In this document: positions 55,801 to 64,000 of the stretch, piece by piece | Position numbering within the stretch: the stretch's first letter is position 1 | Layout: each line of letters starts with the position of its first letter | Origin: Podarcis erhardii | Lineage: Eukaryota | Strand: one strand, 5' to 3' | Length of the DNA: 64,000 nucleotides | Assembly: GCA_964252035.1 (NCBI GenBank) | Contig: OZ176202.1 | Translations under genes and position numbers: made by a program | The notes under the pieces: generated by a model | The model's database searches: none | Seen by the model: the letters and a program-made list of their open reading frames with translations, nothing else | Told to the model about the DNA's origin: nothing

Positions 55801-58800
55801 TTTTTAAAGAGCAAGTAAGAGATTGTGTGTACGTAACCTGACATGTTCAGCAGTGGGTGTTGCAGCATAATCAGGGAAGTTGCTGTGCAGCTGGAATCTG
55901 GAAAGAGCTTGGCAGAAGTAGATTCATGCCACGCCTCATGTTGAAAAAGGTGGGACCTGTGAAGAGGGGTTTTCCTTTCTGGGTTGAAAATAGTATGTGT
56001 ATGGAGAATGGTGGTGTTTGCATAAAGAAATAAAGAAATTAATATTTTCCTGTAACAAGATTATGATGCTTTTAAAAACATTACAATTTTGCCTTTCCCC
56101 CTTAAGAATCATCACTCTTCTGTCACCACTGCCTACTATTCCATGAACCCAGGACTCCTCTTTCCCCCCACCTTCCAAATGGATTTCTGGAAACATTGGA
56201 TATCCATTTTGTCTGCAAGCTGTGCATCTCATCAGTTAATTTGCACAAAATATGCACTCTACAGGTAAAAATGGCTAGGAACATAGGAAGACCTTTGATG
56301 CATCAGGCCAAAAGCCTATCAAGTCCAGCACCTTGTTCTCACAGATACATACAGGAAGCCCACCAGCAAGACCGGCATGCAACAGCTCTTCTTGCTTTGT
56401 GTGTTACTTATTCTCTGACACTAGCAAACAATGAAGCCCTACAGCAAACTGGCATATTCAAAGGATGCTTTGCTTGTTTGCTTCGTTGCACCCTCCCCTC
56501 TGCTCTGCCCCATCTACCGTCAGCTGTTTTTCTTCCCTTCTTCAGTCTCACTTTCTTTTCTGCCACTTCCTATGCTTGGAACAATCTCCCTTTGTTTGCT
56601 CCTTAACTCTGTACATTTTCCCTCAAATCCCAATTTCAGAAAGACTTGTTCTCAGCCTCCATAGGAAAGCCACTTTTTACATGCTTTCAGAGCAAAAGTA
56701 AGGACATTGGTACTGGGTGCAGATTGTAGCACCTTTGCTCAGGACCTCAGCTAGCGGCGAGGATAGTGCTAAGTTGCTTTTTCGTAAAACCTGCAAGGAT
56801 GAGCTTGAAAGCACGGAGGCAATAACTGGTGAAGTCTCAAAAAACCTGGGGAAGGGAGGGCAGGATTCCTAGGATGGATGACACTGCCTGATACAGCTTC
56901 TTTGCCTGTCCCACATCTAGCAGAAGGAAAATAAAGCATGCAAAAAGGTGGAGGCAATTTTGCAGGGTATGGACAGGTTACAGAAACCAGCTTTCTCTTG
57001 ACGCAGTTTCAACTTCACCGTGTTACTTGATGCAATTCTCACTTGCGGCACTTCCAGGCTGTTGGTATTTCCAGGTGGGATTCAACCACATACTGGCAAA
57101 TTCAGGTTGCACAGCTAGAGTTGACGTGGAGGTCTTGCACAACTATTTCCCCTAAAGGCTGGACTTTTTGCGATACGGAAAGTAACAGGGGAATAGACTA
57201 GAAAATGTGAGACAACACCTGCTTTGATGCCGTGTCTTCTGACCTCTTTACAAACAAATCAGAAGGAATACTCAATAAGCCGGTTGCCTGGGAGTGCTTT
57301 TGGTCATTCCCAAGCTTTTACTTTTCCCAGTGTGTGCAGTGGGGTCCCTGTCTCCAGCATCTTAGCGCCACCCACTCAGAATGAAAGGGGGGCTTTTAAG
57401 CATTTAGGAATGCTGAAAACACAAGAACACAAGGTGTTTCATTTTTAAGAGAATGGCGTGCAAGTTTGGTTATGTACAATGGAACTTCATGGCAAACATG
57501 ACTCTAAATCATTTGCCCATATATGTGCAGAGAAAAAACCCCCCAGAAGATCTAGGTGTATAGATTGTTGCAATATGTCCCTAATTATTACAATTCTATA
57601 ATTATAAAATTGTGTAATCTTAGGTTATATAATCTGAGAAGGGGCGTGGCTGTGACTATCATGAAGGGACCCCACCTTTCTGAATTTGCTGCTCATGAGT
57701 AGGCGGCTTGGTCCGCAGGGCCTGAATAGCTGCTCTCCCCTCTGAATGAACCAAGCCCAGGCAGCACCAGGCAGCTGTTCATTCCGTACTATTTGTAACT
57801 GGGATCTTTCCTCGCTGCTCTCTTTGCCATCTACACTGAGACATGAAAGCTGTGTTGCATTTGAGCAGTTAGGGGAGGAGGGGTACACAGTTTCGCATTC
57901 TGCATTTAAGTCATGCTTCATACTGGATAGTTTTGGGTAGGTCACTCTATTTCCCTGCTTAACCTACAGGACATGATGGAGATACAGTTGATTACAAATA
58001 ATATTTCTAAAGCAAGTTGTACATGAAAAAGTGTAGTGGAAATTACTCTCCCAGATGCATATGGTTTTTAGTACTCTTCTCTTCTTGGTTGGACCACCTC
58101 CTCCCTCCAGACCTTTTAGAGCAGTTCAAAATGGCAGTACTTTCTTGAAATCTGGACATAAGAGATTTTCAAGCACTTGTTACCCCTCTGTAGGGATTTT
58201 GGAATTCTTTTGCAAGGGAGGTCATCCTCTTTCTCTTAGGGCTGACAGTGAGCCAAAGACGATAGCAATTCTGGCAGGTCAGGACCTGTGGTTAGAGGGT
58301 AACCATTGTGGTTTGGAGATGGGCCCAGTGGTACGTGATGGGACAAGGCATGGAATGACATCATCCAAGAGAGGGGAAGTCTATGGAGGGGAGCAGGAAG
58401 GTGCGGGTTCATATACTCCATTTCCTGAATTTATTTTATAAAGTTACAACCATTCATCAACTGTGTATTACAAAAATAATATTTATGGTGAAATCTCCCC
58501 CTTTTTTTGCTTTACTCAAGTTGCATTTCCAGACATGTAACCTATAGCTCCTTGACCATGAAACTAGGGTGTTCATGTATTCTTATTTTGGGGTCAGAGG
58601 TGAAAGAACAATGGAAGTCAATGAGGAAAACCTGCATGGTGTACCTAAGCCACAGCCTCAGGGACGACCCTGACAGAGAGACCACTGTCTCTGACATACC
58701 TGAAGTGGAACTGGCCCTATTGAATGGGGTGCACTTTGCCACTGAAGGTAAGGGAACTGTTTACCATACCTCCGTCTGACTCAGTTGTGTTACTTATTAA

Positions 58801-59510
58801 AACAGGAGATTTGAAGGCTGAGCTGAAAACAGGGGTGGGAATAAAAGTTCAATAATCATTTTTATGCCTCTGAAAGAGCACCTGCCATTTTGGGGGGATT
58901 TTAAAAACAAACAAACTAGGGAGTGTTCCACCAAAAGGGAGCAGAAACGTTTAAGGCAGCAGGAGGAACAGGTCCCTGTTGCCTTGGGAACCAGACTGGT
59001 ATCTGTCGTGACTACGAAGTGGCATTACCCCCAGTCTGAAGCCCAACCCTGGGTCGAAATGTTATTCTGCTTACTGATCCCACCTGTGACCTCTGTTTGT
59101 TGGTATTCTGCGCAAGGGACTGCGTGCATACAGTTCGATGCAAATAGACTCTGAATGTGCAGTTTGTACCTTCCATTTCTGTAGGGCACAGATTGTGTGT
59201 TGTGATCCTATAAATGCTGGATCTGTATGTACGCAGGTTCTCTGCAGAAGTTAGGAAGGCGGAAGTCAGAGGCGGGAGTTGGAGGCAGGCCAACAGAGCA
59301 CCCCAAGCACCCCTCTCCAGATGAGCATCTCTACCTACACAAACATAAGGGGGCATCGAGATGAGAGCAACAGTGTGCATAGACACCACCTGCATTTTGA
59401 CGTGCACCAAGCACATGCACCCAAGTATAGACAGTGTCTATACAGACTATCTTGTCCTCCAGCAAATGGGTCTTTGAATGAGTTTTCCAACCCTTTTCCA
59501 AATGTGTGTA

Positions 59511-59734
59511 CAGTGGTACCTCAGGTTACATACGCTTCAGGTTACACACTCCGCTAACCAGAAATAGTGCTTCAGGTTAAGAACTTTGCTTCAGGATAAT
59601 AACAGAAATCAGGCTCTGGCGGCGCAGCAGCAGCAGGAGGCCCATTAGCTAAAGTGGTGCTTCAGGTTAAGAACAGTTTCAGGCTAAGAACGGACCTCCG
59701 GAACGAATTAAGTACTTAACCCGAGGTACCACTG
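59511..59734. mobile_element. Tc1/mariner-type MITE, inverted relative to 51675
   Basis: TA-CAGTGGTACCTC ... GAGGTACCACTG-TA. Confidence 0.88.
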
Positions 59735-61003
59735 TACTGCCTTCATTGTTGTCACTATGTAGCCAAATATGAATTGTTTTATGAGATCACCCACCGCCTT
59801 TACTTCCACTTAGGGAAGGAGAATAACAGAACCTTTGCATGCCAAAGATCTCAGGCTCCATCCTCACCAACTTCAGGAAGGGCTGAAAAAGATCCCCAAT
59901 TTGAAACCCTGAAGAGCTGTTGCCAGTCAGTGCAGACACTACCAGGCTTGATGGACCAATGTTTTGGGATACATCCTTGGAAGTATACTTTTTTGCCTTA
60001 AGGCATCAGTATGGTTCAACATGTGCTACTGAAAAGTGCTATCATGGTTGCTTCTGGTTCACTCCCAAGTTTGATCTCTCACAGACATCAGGCCTTGGAA
60101 TCAGGATTGCTAGGCCTCATATTTCCAGCTTCGTACACAGCCATTTCTTTTCCGGCAAGTGAAGAGTCTCAGGCCAACAATCTGAGACTGAGAAGGGGCA
60201 GTTGGCTTGCTGCTTGCTTTTGACCCTTCCTGACACCAGAGCTGAGAAAATGAGGGAGTACGATGTGTGAAATCAGGGTCTGAATAAACCTTCAGGGAGG
60301 AGGGGAAGAGAAGGGTTTTGTTTCAGAGGTTCCATACATTTGCAGCCAGATCAAGACCGGACATAGTACAGGGCACAGTGGGCAAGACAATGATCTAGAA
60401 TGGTCAATGTAGGCAGCAAAGTGGCTCATGGCACCACAAGGTCCTTAGGAAAACAGACTGAAAGGCCTCTAGGCAGAATGGGGATCCCATATCACCTGTG
60501 CTAGAGGGTGGTGGGGCATACACAGAGCAGTTCCTGGGCCCCCTTGAGTAAACAGACAGGCCATAGGATACCTCCAATGACTCTGACCAAGAGTTACCAG
60601 ATGCTTAAGGGCTTAGCCAAATACTACAACCTGTCCTGGCATGCTTAGCCTCATTCTAGCAACTCCCTTGGAGCGCTTGTGGGATGACATCCACCTATCT
60701 TGCTTGCTGTTTCCAGCCCTGGCTTTATCGTGACCCAGCACTTCCTTGGCTGCCCTTAAGACGTTGCTGCCACCAAGCCCGTGGCTTTAAGCTGCATGCA
60801 TTCAAGGACTCCGCTTTCAAGCAAAGGCTCTGCTGCCTCGTGGACATCCTCTTCCCTGGCAATGCACGGCCTTGAGTTCGATCAGAGCCCGCGGTGCTTT
60901 GGAGGCGGACGGCCAGAGCATCCCCCTGGACGCTGCTCGGAGAATTCCTTGACTCATCTGGTGGGTGTACAGAGGTCAGCCAGGCTCCGACTCAGGGGGG
61001 TCC

Positions 61004-63448
61004 TTACAGCTCAGTCGTTTTCCTGGGTTCTATCAAGACCGTACTCAACATGCCCACTTGGCACTCTTGGTCCTGGAGTTTCCTTGCAGACTGCGAGGGG
61101 CTTTGGCACCTCCGGCGCCCCCTCTGCCAGTTCTTCAGCAGCACCAACACAGTTACCAAGACTAGGAGGGCCGTGAGCAGCCCAAACACCAGCACTAAAA
61201 TCAGCTGCGACTGACTCAGCCCCGAGTCCTGCTGAGTCACCACCTCTTTCACGGAGATCAAGAGCCCTCCCCCGTTTGATTTCTCACTATAGGTAGTGAC
61301 CCGCTTCCCAGTCACCACAACCCGGACGGGCTCAGACTGGGTTGTCCAAGGGTTGCTGCTGGTCGTGCTTCTCACGACGTCGTTGCCGTGCCCCTTGGGA
61401 TCAGCGTGAAACGCGGTGACCCACGTCGGCTCGGGAGCAAGGAGCTCACAGGTCTTGCCGACAAAGCCCTCGGGACACAGGCAATCGAAATCGTTGACGC
61501 GGTCGTAGCACTTTGCCCCGTTTCTGCACGGCTGGCTGGCGCAGTCGTCAACATTGATGCTGCAGAAACGCCCTTCAAAGCCAGTAGGGCATTGGCAGGA
61601 GAAGCGGTTGATGCCGTCAAGGCAGGTGGCACCGTTGGCACAGGGACGCATCAGGCAATCGTCGACGTCAATCTCGCAGTGGGTGCCAATGAATCCTGCC
61701 AGGCACTTGCAGGTGTAGTTGTTAGCAAAGCCATTCTGGTCCAGGCACTCTCCGCCATTCTTGCAAGGGGACCTGAAAGGAGAGAATGGGGACCAATCAC
61801 AACATCCATATGGGCCGTCCTACATTTTATTCATCTGTTTAAATACCCCTTAACCATTAGCATTTCTAATAGCAGTCATTATTATTATTTTATTATTTGT
61901 ACCCCACCCATCTGACTGGGTTGCCCCAGCCACTCTGAGTGGCTTCTAAGTGCACGTAAAAGGTGCATGCAAAAATAAGCCACACAGGAAAAAATAACAA
62001 CAAAAGTCGTCATAAAACTGAACGCTGCCTTGAAATCCTTGTTCGTGAAATGGTGCGTTTTAAAGCCTTTTACGGCTGATCCTATACGCGTTCACTCAGA
62101 AGTAAGCCCTACTGAGCTTAATGGGACTTATTCCTAGGCAAAGGACTGGAGCCTTTAAAAGGTTTTGCTCCTTGCGCCTGCCTTTCCTCCCATCTATTTC
62201 TGCTAGGATCTCTCACCCTGCCTTATCACATGGCCCCGTCTTCAGCTCACAGTTCTTTCCATGGAATCCTTCAAGGCACAGGCAGGAATATTCCCCATCT
62301 CGGTCGTAGACGCACTGGGCTCCATTCTGGCACGGGGTCTGGTGCTCACAGACATGCACGTCTGAAAGAGATGGGGGGGGGGAGAGGAGGACGAGGAGAA
62401 AATGCAGGTCAAAAGTACTCAGGGCTGGTTTTTCATGCCAGACACCCACACCCACACATAAAAGTTCTCTCTTTTTTAAAATTTACTGTGATAATGGAGG
62501 CTGTACAAAGAAAAGGTGGCCAGCTAGCACAGCATCCTCCTTCGCAGTGTCCAACCAGATGTCCCCTGCTCTTCAGAGGCACAAGGCCACTGATTCTGAA
62601 GGTGGAAGTGGGCTCCTGTATCGGAGCAGAAGCTGCCGCCTTACTTCCTCCTAGCCCAGCACTGTGTACAGTTGTACCTTGGATCCCAAATGCCTTGGTA
62701 CTCAGACACCTTGGCTCCCAAACGCCGCAAACCCGGAAGTGAGTGTTCTGGTTTGTGAACATTCTTTGGAACCCAAACGTCCAATGGGGCTTCCGATTGG
62801 CTGCAGGAGCTTCCTGCAGCCAATCAAAAGCCGTGCTTTGGTTTCCAAACGAAAGGACTTCCAGAACGGATTCCGTTCGACTTCCAAGGTATTCTGACTA
62901 GCAGTGGTTCTCCAAGGCCTTAGGACAACTTCATGTAGCTGGGAAGTATTGGAGTCAATAGCAAAAGTGGTTGTTTTCTCCAGGGAGGCCTCAAAGCAGA
63001 AAATGGGAAGACGGCCGAATTACTGCTGCTAATAAGTCTGTGCGGTTCTTCTGTTAAGGCTGAATTGCTGTTGTTCGGAAATGGCTTCATTAATCAGTAG
63101 TGAACGTGTTGTGCCTGGAGAGGACCCGAGTTTCAGCCTTTCAAGGCAGCAGCAGCAGAAGCTATTGTCTGAAACTCTGGAGAGCAGGTACCAGCCCATG
63201 TGTTCTGGCTTGGTATAAGGCAGCTTCCCAATAAGCTTCTACTGCAGTGCCCTCCTTTCCCTGTCGTCCCCACTCTCCTCAATAAGTCCCCACCCTGTTC
63301 CAAGTGGAGCGACGCACCTTTCTTGCACAGCTTGCCAGCCCAGCCACTTTGGCAGATGCATTGCCAGGGTTGGTGGCACGTTCCATGCTTGCAGCCTGGC
63401 ATCCTCACACACTGTTCACAGTATTCCCCTTCCCAGCCTTTGTCACAC
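61004..63448 (-). CDS. DLK2: DLK2 (protein delta homolog 2 / EGFL9), last three coding exons; 5' exons beyond the window
   Basis: Exons 63448-63318 (131 nt), 62361-62217 (145 nt) and 61772-61004 (769 nt, stop), with compatible phases. EGF repeats ([18 protein letters not shown]; [21 protein letters not shown]), LLISVKEVV, a TM helix ([23 protein letters not shown]) and the tail [15 protein letters not shown]. Confidence 0.95.
62669..62896. mobile_element. Tc1/mariner-type MITE related to 24188-24414
   Basis: TA-CAGTTGTACCTTGG start, shared GGCTCCCAAACGCCGCAAACCCGGAAGT core, degenerate right TIR. Confidence 0.7.
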
Positions 63449-64000
63449 CTGCAGAAGGAAAACCAGAAAGTCAGAGCAGGAGAACACCACCGCAGGCACC
63501 AAGCAAAGGCACTAACAAAGCCATGTGCAGTAAACATCGCAAGGCATTAGACTGGTGTTTCATAGTCATGGGACTCAGCTGCATTAGTCAAAAAACAACG
63601 TTTTGAATGCGTTATAACATGCAACACCAGATGGTGCCAGAGAGCAAAAGAAAAATTCTATGTGATTTTTATACAGTGGGGTTTTTTGTGTGTGGTTGTA
63701 ATAATGATTTAATTTCTGACTTATTTATAGCAGTTCCCCCCGTGTGTAGATCCACCAATGGTCTCTGGTCCTGGTGATGGGTGGAGTCAGGATCCAGGAT
63801 CCTTTTCAGTCTCAATAGTATGATAGGAACAAGTACCTCACACAAGAATGTGAGGAGAATTCTTGAAGGAAGCAGCAGCAGGGGGATGGAGCCAAGGGTG
63901 AGGCAAAATGGAGGCACTTTGGGCAGGAGGCAAGAGGAGGGGTGGGGCTTATGAGTACCACAAGTTTTGGTGAAGAGCGTCAACCAGCCAAGATTGCCGC

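Overview
Vertebrate genomic DNA with GT-AG introns and CpG-island promoters. The Sauria SINE and Squam3-type SINE copies point to a lacertid lizard. The window covers the ZNF318-ABCC10-DLK2 syntenic block (6p21 in human), but here the block appears tandemly duplicated with reciprocal gene loss. Copy 1 is ZNF318a exon 1 (minus), a complete 21-coding-exon ABCC10/MRP7 (plus, 6263-26867, 1538 aa) and a dead DLK2 fragment (minus, 27233-27363, in-frame stop). Copy 2 is a second ZNF318 paralogue (minus, 52496-38001, six exons), about 8 kb with no recognisable ABCC10 exons, and intact DLK2 (minus, last three exons; the 5' part is outside the window). The second ZNF318 is the most unusual element. Its exon 2 is a 21-bp minisatellite encoding eight KRSHSP(G/D) heptads, in a frame absent from the ORF track, and the reading frame stops in exon 6 before any zinc-finger exon. 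The rest is introns and intergenic DNA with SINEs, L2/CR1/L1 fragments, Tc1/mariner- and hAT-type MITEs and microsatellites. Gene identities and human exon comparisons rest on my recollection of the vertebrate proteins, not on a database search.
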